Of a stretch of 64,000 nucleotides of DNA, positions 48,003 through 57,572 are shown in pieces (the first letter of the stretch is position 1; each line of letters starts with the position of its first letter). This stretch comes from Bacilli bacterium (lineage in GTDB: Bacteria > Bacillota_I > Bacilli_A > RFN20 > CAG-826). The notes under the pieces are model-generated. The model saw only the letters and a list, made by a program, of their open reading frames with translations. It was not told where the DNA came from and did no database searches. The stretch is taken from assembly GCA_045615545.1 (NCBI GenBank), contig JAZLFA010000037.1:5427-69426 (forward strand), given 5' to 3'. Made by a program: the position numbers and the translations under genes.

Positions 48003-49589
48003 GTGCTAAATAACCGTTATCTAAAATCATTCTTAACCAGTACATTATCAATCGTTCCAATGATTATCATTGTGATCGTTCTTTCGTTTTTCCCTGCCCT
48101 TCAAACAAAGGGAAAGTTTTCTGGTTTTGATTATATGGCATTAACTATAGGCGCCGTTTTACTAATTGGCGGTCTTTCGTTATTTCAAATTGGGGCCACA
48201 AAAAGCTTATCTAAAGTTGGAGAATATATGGGTAGTTCTTTGTCAAAACAAGCAAAAATTGCCATTGTTATTATTTTCTCGTTCCTGCTTGGCGCATTAA
48301 TCACTTGTGCTGAACCTTCAATTTTAATTGTTGCTAATCAAGTCCAGATAAATAGCTTCCTTCTTATCGGAGCGATTGCGGCCGGTGTTGGAATATTTGT
48401 CGTTATTGGTGTTATTCGTATTTTGTTACATCGATCACTTAAAGTTTGGTATTTAATTTTCTATTTTTTGGTTTTTTGTTTTATTTGCCTTATTGGAATA
48501 AATGAAACCGCTAGACCATTCTTGCCTTTTATATTTGATGCCGGGGGCATTACAACCGGATCCGCAACAGTTCCGTTTATTCTTGCTTTAGGAGCAGGTA
48601 TTGCCGCTGTGCGTGGTGGCAAAAACGCGAATGAAGATAGTTTTGGCCTTGTTGGTATGGCATCGATTGGTCCTATTCTTTCTATGGCTATTTTGGTTTT
48701 GCTTAATAATAATGGGTTCTCTGCATATGAAGTTAAAGTCCCTGATAGTTTCACAAACGGCAACGAAGTTTTTATTGCTATTTGGAATGCGATGATTCCT
48801 GGTAGTGGAGCAAATTTAGGAACTTTAATTGAGGTTTTGATGGCATTATTGCCAATTATGGCCATCTTCTTTATTTATGAAATTATTTATATTAAGTTAC
48901 CAAAAACAGAAATTAAATCACTATTATCCGGATTCTTATTTTCCTATATTGGTTTAGTGATATTCTTAACAGGCGTTAACGCTATCATGTCGCCTTTTGG
49001 TACGCGTGTTGGTGTTGGGCTTGGCTGTATCGCTAATGACTGGTCAATTATTGTTATTTGCTTTGTGATTGGTTTGGTTACTATTTTATGCGAACCAGCA
49101 GTCCATGTATTAACAACTCAAATTAATGAAATTAGTGATGGTCGTATTTCTAAAAGAACCATCTTGATTACTCTTTCTTTAGGAGTAGGTGTTGCAATTG
49201 GACTTGCGGCCCTTAGAACGCTTTTCAATTTCAATATTCTTTATTTACTCGTTCCTGGGTATATTCTTTCTTTACTTTTGATGTTTGCGTGCCCTAACAT
49301 ATTTACCGCCATGGCATTCGATGCAGGCGGAACTGCTTCTGGTCCTATGTCAACATCGTTTGTTTTACCAATGTTGGTTGGTATAACTTATTCCAAGAAT
49401 CCACAATATGGTGAAAAAAGCGTTGAGTACTATACACAATCGTTTGGTGTTGTTGCTCTTATTGCTATGACTCCAATTATTGCTATTCAAATTTTGGGTA
49501 TAGTTGAAACGTTTAAGAAAAAATATACACTTCGTGTTATGCGCGGCGAGATCAAAGATCCAAACGATGCACAAATCATTCATTTTTAG
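48003..49589 (+). CDS. DUF1538-family membrane protein (internally duplicated, about 12 TM)
   Basis: 528 aa. Two homologous halves (ITCAEPSILIVANQV / ILCEPAVHVLTTQINEI). GTG start at 48003 as in the ORF track; an in-frame ATG 18 codons downstream is an alternative start. No SD. Confidence 0.6.
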   Translation: MLNNRYLKSFLTSTLSIVPMIIIVIVLSFFPALQTKGKFSGFDYMALTIGAVLLIGGLSLFQIGATKSLSKVGEYMGSSLSKQAKIAIVIIFSFLLGALITCAEPSILIVANQVQINSFLLIGAIAAGVGIFVVIGVIRILLHRSLKVWYLIFYFLVFCFICLIGINETARPFLPFIFDAGGITTGSATVPFILALGAGIAAVRGGKNANEDSFGLVGMASIGPILSMAILVLLNNNGFSAYEVKVPDSFTNGNEVFIAIWNAMIPGSGANLGTLIEVLMALLPIMAIFFIYEIIYIKLPKTEIKSLLSGFLFSYIGLVIFLTGVNAIMSPFGTRVGVGLGCIANDWSIIVICFVIGLVTILCEPAVHVLTTQINEISDGRISKRTILITLSLGVGVAIGLAALRTLFNFNILYLLVPGYILSLLLMFACPNIFTAMAFDAGGTASGPMSTSFVLPMLVGITYSKNPQYGEKSVEYYTQSFGVVALIAMTPIIAIQILGIVETFKKKYTLRVMRGEIKDPNDAQIIHF

Positions 49590-49601
49590 GGGGTTAGAAT
49601 A

Positions 49602-50030
49602 ATGGCAATTGAAAAGAAAATAAAAAAACCAGCTCCTAAAATAACAATAAAGAAGCAACCAATTATTACTGAAAAGAAAAAGTTTGAAGACAGGCCTAAC
49701 CTAAGCAAGCTTTACCTTTATGTAACAATAGTTAATTCCGGCATCGGCAAAAGCATTATTAAGTTATTTGAATCAATTGGATGTAGTGCCCAATTTGTTA
49801 ATGTAGGTAGTGGCACCGCAAGTGAACAAGTTAAAAAAGTATTAAATATTACCAGCAATCAAAAAGAAGTCGTTTTCTCAATTGTTAGAGAAACTTCTTT
49901 AGATACAGTCGAAGAAGAAGTTGGTGCGTTTTTCGTTGTAAATAAAAAGAATAAAGGGATTGGCTTTGCTGTGCCATTAACAACTGTTATGGGTGTTAGG
50001 GTATACAAATTCCTTTCTCAAACTATGTAA
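49602..50030 (+). CDS. PII-like (GlnB-fold) signal-transduction protein with a Lys-rich N-terminal extension
   Basis: 142 aa. The C-terminal roughly 105 aa have PII-like beta-alpha-beta topology (LYVTIVNSGIGKSII...GSGTASE...FFVVNKKNKGIGFAVPL). SD GGGGG. Confidence 0.55.
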   Translation: MAIEKKIKKPAPKITIKKQPIITEKKKFEDRPNLSKLYLYVTIVNSGIGKSIIKLFESIGCSAQFVNVGSGTASEQVKKVLNITSNQKEVVFSIVRETSLDTVEEEVGAFFVVNKKNKGIGFAVPLTTVMGVRVYKFLSQTM

Positions 50031-50040
50031 GGAGAAAAAT

Positions 50041-50361
50041 ATGGCAGAAAGTAAACATGAAGTAGTAATCGTTGTTGCAAACACAGGCTTTTCCGATGTC
50101 ATTATGGATGCAGCAAGAGAAGTTGGCGCTAAGGGTGGAACGATTGTCCATGCTCGTGGAACCGGAAATGTTTCCATGGAAAAGAAATATGGCATTGCCA
50201 TTACTCCAGATAAAGAAATGATTTTAATCATTGTAAGCATCGAAACAAGAGATAGGATTATCGAAAGCATTAATAAAGCAGCCGGCATAGATAAACCTGC
50301 AAGAGGAATAATTTTCTCTTTACCAATATCTCATGTGACTGGTTTAAAGTTCGACGACTAA
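50041..50361 (+). CDS. PII-like (GlnB-fold) signal-transduction protein
   Basis: 106 aa from the ATG at 50041, with SD AAGGAG upstream (ORF-track start 49993 trimmed). HEVVIVVANTGFSDVIMDAAREVGAKGGTIVHARGTGN...GIIFSLPISHV. Confidence 0.6.
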   Translation: MAESKHEVVIVVANTGFSDVIMDAAREVGAKGGTIVHARGTGNVSMEKKYGIAITPDKEMILIIVSIETRDRIIESINKAAGIDKPARGIIFSLPISHVTGLKFDD

Positions 50362-50368
50362 TATAAGT

Positions 50369-50415
50369 ACTATCTAATATTTTTCTGCAAAGCAGTTTCT
50401 TGTTAGATAGTATTT
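50369..50415 (+). other. Nested inverted repeat: candidate terminator for the DUF1538-PII operon, or a regulatory RNA or DNA site
   Basis: Outer 9-bp arms ACTATCTAA (50371-50379) and TTAGATAGT (50405-50413). Inner palindrome CTGCAAAGCAG. Followed by ATTTCTATTTTA. Confidence 0.4.
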
Positions 50416-50448
50416 CTATTTTATGCGTGTATATGTATAATATATGTA

Positions 50449-53400
50449 ATGGAAATTGCTTTTCTAAAAGACAACAATTCACCAAAAAACGAAAGCAAGT
50501 TTGCTAAGTTTTTTTCATTTTTAAAAGACCCACACTCTTTGTTTTATTATTTTTTACTTTTAGTAGTGTTGGGTTTTTTGTATTTTTCGACAACATTATC
50601 AAACCATTTTACAACTTCATTTACTGGTGACTATGTTGCTCAACAAATACCTTTTTATACAAACGGCTATGATGATTGGTGGCACTTTTTAACCACTGGA
50701 GAATTTGTATTCTATGATACAAATACTTATTTAGGCGCTAATAATATTGGAAGCAATTCGTTCTATTATGTATTTGATCCGTTCTTTTTACCTATATTGC
50801 TTTGTCCTAGACAATATATAGCCCAAGGAATGGTTGTTTTAACAGTCCTTAAGATTGCTTTGGCGGGATTATTTTTCTATTTTTATATGCGCGAAATGGG
50901 CGCGAGTAAAACTGCAAGCAAAATATCAGGTATGGCCTATGCTTTCTGCGGATGGATGGCGTGGAACTTGTGGTTCAATTGCTATACAGAAGTTGTTACA
51001 GCCTTCCCAATAATGCTTTGGGGAGTTGAAAAGGTATTAAAGAAAAAGAGCCCTTGGTTACTTTCTTTTGGTGTTTTGCTAATGGCGATGGTGAACTTCT
51101 TCTTCGCTATTACGATGTCACTCTGCGCATTCTGCTATGCAATGTTTAGATTCTTCCAAGATATTAAAAAACATGACGGAAAAGAAAACATGCAGCTACT
51201 TGGTCTTGGTGTCCTTGGCTTTGGTAGTGGGCTTTTGGTTGCTTGTGTAATTTTGCTTCCAACATGTATGATTGCCTTACAAACAACAAGATCATCTAAT
51301 GTATATTTAAGCGAAATTGTAGAAGCGTTCAAAGTTGGAGATATTAGCACCGTTTTGAACCACGTTTTTAATTGGGGTACGGTTGATTATTATTACAACA
51401 ACAAATATCGTTCCTTATACATATTCCTTGATTTTATATTCCCTGTTTTTTCTGATCGTGGCACACCACTTGTTATGGTTAATTATGAAACATACGAACC
51501 AGAAGCTGGCTCTTTATTTGCCTTCTTCCCAATTATGATTTTCTTAGTGCCAGCATTAATTTATTCTATTAAAAATAAACGCAAATCCCCGTTAATTGGC
51601 ACAATATTAATGATTTTTATGCTAATCATTCCGTTTACATACTTTATGTTCCATGGCTTTACTCAACCATATTCAAGATGGATATTATTTGCTACGTCGT
51701 CTTTGATTGCATTTGTTGGCTGTTATCTTGATAAAGTAAAAGAAGAGCCAAGATATATGGTTCTTATCGGGTCTGGAAGTTTATTACTATTAGACTTAAT
51801 TGGATGTTTTGTTGCTAAATATTTGGTTGATCTAAATGTTCAAGAAGGGTTTACTTTTAATGCCAGACTTCCGATTTGGATGGCGGGCGTTATCGAGGGC
51901 GCATATATTATTGTTTTAACTGCAGTAATATATTTTGTTTTGCGATTCAAAAAGAAATACTTGGAAGCTGTGTTTATGGGCGCAATGTGTGTCGAAATTG
52001 TCGTTACAGGTGCCATTGTCATACAAGGACAAGGCGTTGCAGATTATAAATATGTTAACAACGGTATCAATAACAACAATATGCTCCACAACATGGTCAA
52101 TAAACTTCAATCAATGGATTATAGTTATTACCGTTGTTATTCTTCGTTAGAAAACGATGCCGCTCAAAACGATGGAATGAGAAACGATTATAATGGTTTG
52201 GGTTTCTTCCACAGTTTATATAACTTCAATATTGATAACTTCCTATATTGGAACGACATTAAAACACATGGTTCATGGGCCGCTAGTTATGTCGAAAAAA
52301 GAGCAAACCTAGATGAATTTTTAGGCGTTAAATATTATTTTGCCTTAGATAACACATTAAAATACAACGAAGAAGCTAATAAAGAATATTTAGGCACTTC
52401 ATTTGATCACAACATTCCTTATGGTTTTAGCGAAATTACCGAACAATTTTATGATGTGGAAAGTCCAAACAACCTTTTCTATAAGGTTTATAAAAACGAT
52501 GACTTTATTGACCTTGGCTTTACTTTTGATACATATTCTATCGCTACAGAAGTTGAGGGTAGCCCTGGACGCTATTCTTATCGTTATATTGACGAGGTAA
52601 GTGCTGAAGAACATTTCCTTAAGGAAGCGGTTGTTTATGATAAGGATGAAGAATATATCCTTTCTATGAATCCTAATTTCAAATTTACTGATGATTATTC
52701 GCGCGATTCTATTTCTATTCCTGCAATAAGAACTTATTACGATATTTATAATAGAAGAGATAGCGGAGTTACATACGCTCCAAATTTACCATTAAAAGAG
52801 TTGTTAGATTTACATCAAAGCACTAATCCAAATTATTCCTTCCCATTCCAAACTACTGCTCCTGGAAAGACTAATTTTAATGGTCAATGGGTTTGTGTAT
52901 TAACACCAAATAACGGCAAGGATACATTCCCAAGCGATCCAAATGACAAGGGCGTGGCGTATTATCTATCAACTTTTAGTTCATTCTATAGAGACTATCA
53001 CATTGATGTTTTACTTGTTGATGAGAATAACAAATTAATCACATATGACAATCATAATGATGACAGCTTCTCCGGACTTACTGGAAACTTTAGAGGTTTA
53101 TACACCAGACCAAACACACCTGATGGAAAAGCTCCTAAAGTTAGTAAAATTATTGTTATAGAGAAGGGAAACCATTTATACACCCCGACCGTTTATTATG
53201 AAACTTACCAAATGTATGAAAATAGAATTAACGCTTTAAAGGAATACCCTCTTACAGATGTTAGATACAAACAAAACCACTTTGATTTTAAAACCAATTT
53301 TAATCAACGTCGTTTGGTTGTTACACAATTGGCCTATGAGGATGGCTGGACATGCATAGCAACACATAAAGATGGAAGCAAAGAAACATTAAAGACATTC

Positions 53401-53634
53401 TCTATGGATGGTGGTTTTGTGGGTTTTGTTTCTGCCGAAGGAGATGCAACATATACACTTGATTTCTATCCGCCATATTTCCAACTCGGTAGCCACCTTT
53501 CTGCTGTCGGATTGTTTGTTTTCTATTCAACATTGGTTGGGTATTATTACGTAAGCACAAATGTATTTTGTAACAATCCATTAGAGGTCGAAGAAATAAC
53601 AAGATATAAGAAAAAACCTGCATATTTCAGGTAA
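50449..53634 (+). CDS. YfhO-like large polytopic membrane protein (GT-C-fold glycosyltransferase candidate) with an extended C-terminal extracytoplasmic domain
   Basis: 1061 aa. More than 12 N-terminal TM helices with YfhO-like loop motifs (GDYVAQQIPFY). A C-terminal Y/N-rich soluble region of about 400 aa. No SD. TATAAT at 50436-50441, 7 nt before the ATG. Confidence 0.5.
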   Translation: MEIAFLKDNNSPKNESKFAKFFSFLKDPHSLFYYFLLLVVLGFLYFSTTLSNHFTTSFTGDYVAQQIPFYTNGYDDWWHFLTTGEFVFYDTNTYLGANNIGSNSFYYVFDPFFLPILLCPRQYIAQGMVVLTVLKIALAGLFFYFYMREMGASKTASKISGMAYAFCGWMAWNLWFNCYTEVVTAFPIMLWGVEKVLKKKSPWLLSFGVLLMAMVNFFFAITMSLCAFCYAMFRFFQDIKKHDGKENMQLLGLGVLGFGSGLLVACVILLPTCMIALQTTRSSNVYLSEIVEAFKVGDISTVLNHVFNWGTVDYYYNNKYRSLYIFLDFIFPVFSDRGTPLVMVNYETYEPEAGSLFAFFPIMIFLVPALIYSIKNKRKSPLIGTILMIFMLIIPFTYFMFHGFTQPYSRWILFATSSLIAFVGCYLDKVKEEPRYMVLIGSGSLLLLDLIGCFVAKYLVDLNVQEGFTFNARLPIWMAGVIEGAYIIVLTAVIYFVLRFKKKYLEAVFMGAMCVEIVVTGAIVIQGQGVADYKYVNNGINNNNMLHNMVNKLQSMDYSYYRCYSSLENDAAQNDGMRNDYNGLGFFHSLYNFNIDNFLYWNDIKTHGSWAASYVEKRANLDEFLGVKYYFALDNTLKYNEEANKEYLGTSFDHNIPYGFSEITEQFYDVESPNNLFYKVYKNDDFIDLGFTFDTYSIATEVEGSPGRYSYRYIDEVSAEEHFLKEAVVYDKDEEYILSMNPNFKFTDDYSRDSISIPAIRTYYDIYNRRDSGVTYAPNLPLKELLDLHQSTNPNYSFPFQTTAPGKTNFNGQWVCVLTPNNGKDTFPSDPNDKGVAYYLSTFSSFYRDYHIDVLLVDENNKLITYDNHNDDSFSGLTGNFRGLYTRPNTPDGKAPKVSKIIVIEKGNHLYTPTVYYETYQMYENRINALKEYPLTDVRYKQNHFDFKTNFNQRRLVVTQLAYEDGWTCIATHKDGSKETLKTFSMDGGFVGFVSAEGDATYTLDFYPPYFQLGSHLSAVGLFVFYSTLVGYYYVSTNVFCNNPLEVEEITRYKKKPAYFR

Positions 53635-53654
53635 TTTCTTGGTATTTTTTAATA

Positions 53655-54500
53655 TTATATTGATTGAGCGATATCGTACACTCGATTTTTATTTACATTC
53701 AATAACGAAGAAACGCATTCAATTGCGTCTTTTTTACTTAGTCCTTTGTTAATCAATAATTTGAGGCTTTCTTTAATTTTATCATCATCAACAGCATTTG
53801 TTTCTATGTGTCCTTCAACAACAATAACCATTTCGCCTTTTAATGTTGATTCCTCAATCTCATTTAACTCTATTAATGTTCCGCGAATAAATTCTTCATT
53901 AATCTTTGTAAGTTCTCTTCCAATGCAAGCCCTTCTATCTCCTAAGAAACTCAACAATAAAGCAATTGTGTTCTTGATTCGGTGTGGGCTTTCGTAAAAA
54001 ATAAGTGTCTCAATTTTATTTGATAGCTTAACCAATTCTTTTTTTGCTTCGGTTTCTTTGCTTGGTAGGAAACCATAGAAGTAAAAATGATCTGAGTTCA
54101 TGCCACTTGCAACTAGGGCATTTAAAAATGCGCTGCTGCCAGCAACTATAGATGGTGAGATGCCGTTATTAATGCACTCTTCAACTAATATGTGTCCTGG
54201 GTCTGAAATACCAGGATAACCAGCATCAGACATATAAACTATCTTCTTACCTTTTAAAGCCTCTTTAACGACCTTATTGCTGGCTTCTCTTTCATTATGT
54301 TCATGTAAAGAGAGTGTTGGTTTTGATAAATCAAACTTTGCTAATAGTGAAGAGGCGTTTCTAGTATCCTCCGCCACAACTAAATCACACTCTGAAATAA
54401 CTTCAAGCGCTCTAGGTGTCATTTCCTTCAGATTTCCTATAGGGGTAGCAATCAAATAAAGGATAGGTTGTTTGTTATCAAAACTCTTATTTCTTGTCAT
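53655..54500 (-). CDS. rsmI: 16S rRNA (cytidine1402-2'-O)-methyltransferase RsmI
   Basis: 281 aa. Tetrapyrrole-methylase fold motifs (ILYLIATPIGNL, VVAEDTR). Confidence 0.85.
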   Translation of the reverse strand: MTRNKSFDNKQPILYLIATPIGNLKEMTPRALEVISECDLVVAEDTRNASSLLAKFDLSKPTLSLHEHNEREASNKVVKEALKGKKIVYMSDAGYPGISDPGHILVEECINNGISPSIVAGSSAFLNALVASGMNSDHFYFYGFLPSKETEAKKELVKLSNKIETLIFYESPHRIKNTIALLLSFLGDRRACIGRELTKINEEFIRGTLIELNEIEESTLKGEMVIVVEGHIETNAVDDDKIKESLKLLINKGLSKKDAIECVSSLLNVNKNRVYDIAQSI

Positions 54501-55365
54501 TGTTATTTTTCTTAAAGAAACGGAACTCTTTTTTTCTAGGTTCGTTTTGTCCAGTTTGTTTTCTAAATTCTTCTAAAGGTAGATAGAGAATTTGATCTTC
54601 TCCGCCATCTAAACGAATGACAGTTGAAACAATGTTAATGCTATTGACGATATATTCAACATTGTCAATTTTGACCTTTTCTCCTAACCCAGGATATTTC
54701 TTTCTTTCCTCTGTATAAGCATCGTCTTCAAATTTTAAACAACATAAAAGTTTGCCACAGTGACCGCTTAATTTTGGAATGTTAATTGCAAGCATTTGAT
54801 TTTTTGCTCTATTGATTGAAATTCCATCAAATTCATTGAGGAATGTAGAACAGCACAATTTGAGTCCACACATACCAATTCCGCCAATCATTTTAGCCTT
54901 ATCTCTTGTGCCTATTTGACGAAGCTCGATTCGTGTATGAAGCTTATAAGCAAGCACCTTTAATAATTCTCTAAAATCCACCCTTTCATCCGCTAAATAA
55001 GAGAAGATTACTTTGGTCTTATCCAAGGTATATTCACATGAAATTAAACGCATATCGAGTTTGAGGTTTTTTACTTCGTTTTCACAAATAATCAATGCAT
55101 TTTCCGCATCTTTTTTATTTGATTCGTTAATTTTGATATCACTTTCGTTAGCTTTTCTAATAATAGGTTTGAGTTCCAATGTGTTGGAATAATTTTTAAT
55201 CTCAATTGGTGCAATACTTACTTCGCCAAGTTCTAAACCACGTGCGGTTTCTACAATAACTTTGTCCCCGACCTTTAGTTCAATATCTTTCATTCCGAAA
55301 AAGTACGCTCTTGCGCCTTCTTGGAATTGGATTCCTACATAATGTGTATATAAATTTTCTTGCAT
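54487..55365 (-). CDS. PSP1-domain protein (YaaT/RicT-like)
   Basis: 292 aa. PSP1 C-terminal domain. holB - yaaT - rsmI synteny matches B. subtilis. Confidence 0.75.
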   Translation of the reverse strand: MQENLYTHYVGIQFQEGARAYFFGMKDIELKVGDKVIVETARGLELGEVSIAPIEIKNYSNTLELKPIIRKANESDIKINESNKKDAENALIICENEVKNLKLDMRLISCEYTLDKTKVIFSYLADERVDFRELLKVLAYKLHTRIELRQIGTRDKAKMIGGIGMCGLKLCCSTFLNEFDGISINRAKNQMLAINIPKLSGHCGKLLCCLKFEDDAYTEERKKYPGLGEKVKIDNVEYIVNSINIVSTVIRLDGGEDQILYLPLEEFRKQTGQNEPRKKEFRFFKKNNNDKK

Positions 55366-55370
55366 TGTTA

Positions 55371-56363
55371 TTACTCCTTTACGATCGTGAATATTAAATG
55401 GTCAAGTTGTAAAGCGTTATTAAGGTTTAGATTGACCATATTTCTTTGTTTCAATATTTCTATCAAATTATTTGAAATATTGGATAACTTGCTTTCTATT
55501 TCGTGAAGTATTGTATCATATGTTTTTAATGATATCTCCCTACTATTTTGAATATTTAATAAATCTTCAAAAATTTGAACAAGCAAATCCAAAAAGAAAC
55601 AAACACTTTCTTTATTAGTAAGAAGCGGTTCTATTTTGTTTTGAACGACATAAACAGCCTCTTTTTTATTATCTCCAGCTAAAGCTGACAACAATTCTTC
55701 TAATGCTTCTTTGCTTTGTAGATATGGTTTAGAGAGATCTTTATCATTTATTAGCTCAAATATTAATTCTGAATTGTTATAAAAATATGAAAGTAGTTCT
55801 GCGTCTTTTTGTTCAACACCCATTTCAATTGATTCAGTAATTATTTGGTTTCGATCAATTAACTTAAGATGCATTGTTTGACATCTAGAAATGATTGTTT
55901 GAAGAACACTGTTTTCGTTATTAGTTGTTAAGAATGCGTAAACGTTTTCTTTAGGTTCTTCTAAGAACTTAAGGATTGCGTTAATTGATTCTTTACGCAT
56001 ATTCTCCACCAAGTGGAGGATATAAATCATAATCCCTTTATTTTCAAACGCAGTTTTTTCAAATTGTGTTTGAATGAGTTGAATATCACCCTTCTTAATC
56101 CCCTCTTTACCTCCATCAAAAACCATAAAATCAGGGTAGTTATCATCATCTACCCTTAAACATGTAATACAGTTATTGCACGCAAATGGATTAGGGTCAT
56201 CACAAATTATTGATTTAGCTAAAAATTTAGCAGTCTCTAAAAGAGGGGTGCCTGGATTTCCAACAAGCAAATAAGCATGAGAAAGGTGTCTTTCAGCTAA
56301 AGCCCTTTGAAATGTTTGATATATTATTGGTTGATATTTTTTTAAATAATTTTCTACTTGCAT
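55371..56363 (-). CDS. holB: DNA polymerase III delta' subunit
   Basis: 330 aa. AAA+ clamp-loader fold (HAYLLVGNPG). Zinc module CNNCITC. Confidence 0.8.
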   Translation of the reverse strand: MQVENYLKKYQPIIYQTFQRALAERHLSHAYLLVGNPGTPLLETAKFLAKSIICDDPNPFACNNCITCLRVDDDNYPDFMVFDGGKEGIKKGDIQLIQTQFEKTAFENKGIMIYILHLVENMRKESINAILKFLEEPKENVYAFLTTNNENSVLQTIISRCQTMHLKLIDRNQIITESIEMGVEQKDAELLSYFYNNSELIFELINDKDLSKPYLQSKEALEELLSALAGDNKKEAVYVVQNKIEPLLTNKESVCFFLDLLVQIFEDLLNIQNSREISLKTYDTILHEIESKLSNISNNLIEILKQRNMVNLNLNNALQLDHLIFTIVKE

Positions 56364-56974
56364 ATTCTAGACAATATAACGTCCAGAGTAGCTTTAGCGA
56401 CTTCTTCTTGTGATTTGCTAGCATCTATGATGACATATCTTTCTGGATATCTTTTTGCAAGCAACAAGAACGTTTCTCTAACTTTCTTGTGAAACTCAAG
56501 TTTTTCAAGATCAAGTCTATTCACTTCGCGGCTTGCATTGCTACTAATTCTAGCTAAGCCTAACTCTGGTTCAATATCAAATAATAAAGTTAAATCTGGC
56601 CATGTGCCTTCTGTTGCAAATAAATTTACATTAAGGACTTCGTCAATACCAAGATTTCTTGCTCCTCCTTGGTACGCTAAAGAGGAATCTAAATAACGAT
56701 CACAAATAACTATTTTACCTTCCTTTACGGCTGGCCATACTTTTTCTACTAAATGTTGTCTTCTACTTGCGGCATAAAGAAGAGCCTCTGTTCTTGGATC
56801 CATTTTGGTATTTTCTTTATCCAAAATAACATTACGAATTTGTTCTGCGATTGGTGTGCCACCAGGTTCGCGGGTACGAACAACTTCATAACCCATTTCT
56901 TCTAGTTTTTTAACAGCCGTATTTGTTGCGGTTGTTTTTCCTGAACCCTCTGGCCCTTCAATAGTAATAAACAT
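56354..56974 (-). CDS. tmk: Thymidylate kinase
   Basis: 206 aa. P-loop motif EGPEGSGKTT. DRY motif. Confidence 0.9.
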   Translation of the reverse strand: MFITIEGPEGSGKTTATNTAVKKLEEMGYEVVRTREPGGTPIAEQIRNVILDKENTKMDPRTEALLYAASRRQHLVEKVWPAVKEGKIVICDRYLDSSLAYQGGARNLGIDEVLNVNLFATEGTWPDLTLLFDIEPELGLARISSNASREVNRLDLEKLEFHKKVRETFLLLAKRYPERYVIIDASKSQEEVAKATLDVILSRICK

Positions 56975-56975
56975 A

Positions 56976-57572
56976 TTATATTTTCCTTCTTCCTTCTAAC
57001 GCCTTTAGCAAGGTTAGTTGATCAGTGTAATCGATATTACCGCCCATTTGTAATCCATAGGCAAGACGAGTAACGGTAACATTATGTTTTTCTAATAATT
57101 TTGCAATATATAAGGCCGTAGTTTCGCCATCGATTGTTGGGTTTGTAGCAAGAATAACTTCTTTAATTTCTTCAGTTTTGAATCTCTTAAAAAGAGATTC
57201 AATGTTTAAGCTATCTACATTTATACCCTTGCTTAAACATATTTCCCCATTCAAAACATGGTATAGCCCTTGATATCCTTCGCTTTTTTCAATAGAGATT
57301 ACATCTTTTGGATATGAAACAATGATTAGTTGTGATTTATCTCTTGAAGTATCACTACATATTTCACATATTTCCCCATCTGTTAACATTCCACAAATAG
57401 GGCAATGTTTGATGTTTGTTTTTATACCCTTCAAAGCAGCAATGAATTCATCAACCTCTTCTTGATCCATTTCCAAAAGAGCGTATGCCATACGTTCGGC
57501 GCTTTTCCTACCAACGCTAGGTAGTTTAGCTAATGAATCTTCTAATCTTTCTAGCGACTTTAATTTATCCAT
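56976..57572 (-). CDS. recR: Recombination protein RecR
   Basis: 198 aa. HhH motif. C4 zinc finger (CPICGMLTDGEICEIC). Toprim domain. Confidence 0.9.
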   Translation of the reverse strand: MDKLKSLERLEDSLAKLPSVGRKSAERMAYALLEMDQEEVDEFIAALKGIKTNIKHCPICGMLTDGEICEICSDTSRDKSQLIIVSYPKDVISIEKSEGYQGLYHVLNGEICLSKGINVDSLNIESLFKRFKTEEIKEVILATNPTIDGETTALYIAKLLEKHNVTVTRLAYGLQMGGNIDYTDQLTLLKALEGRRKI

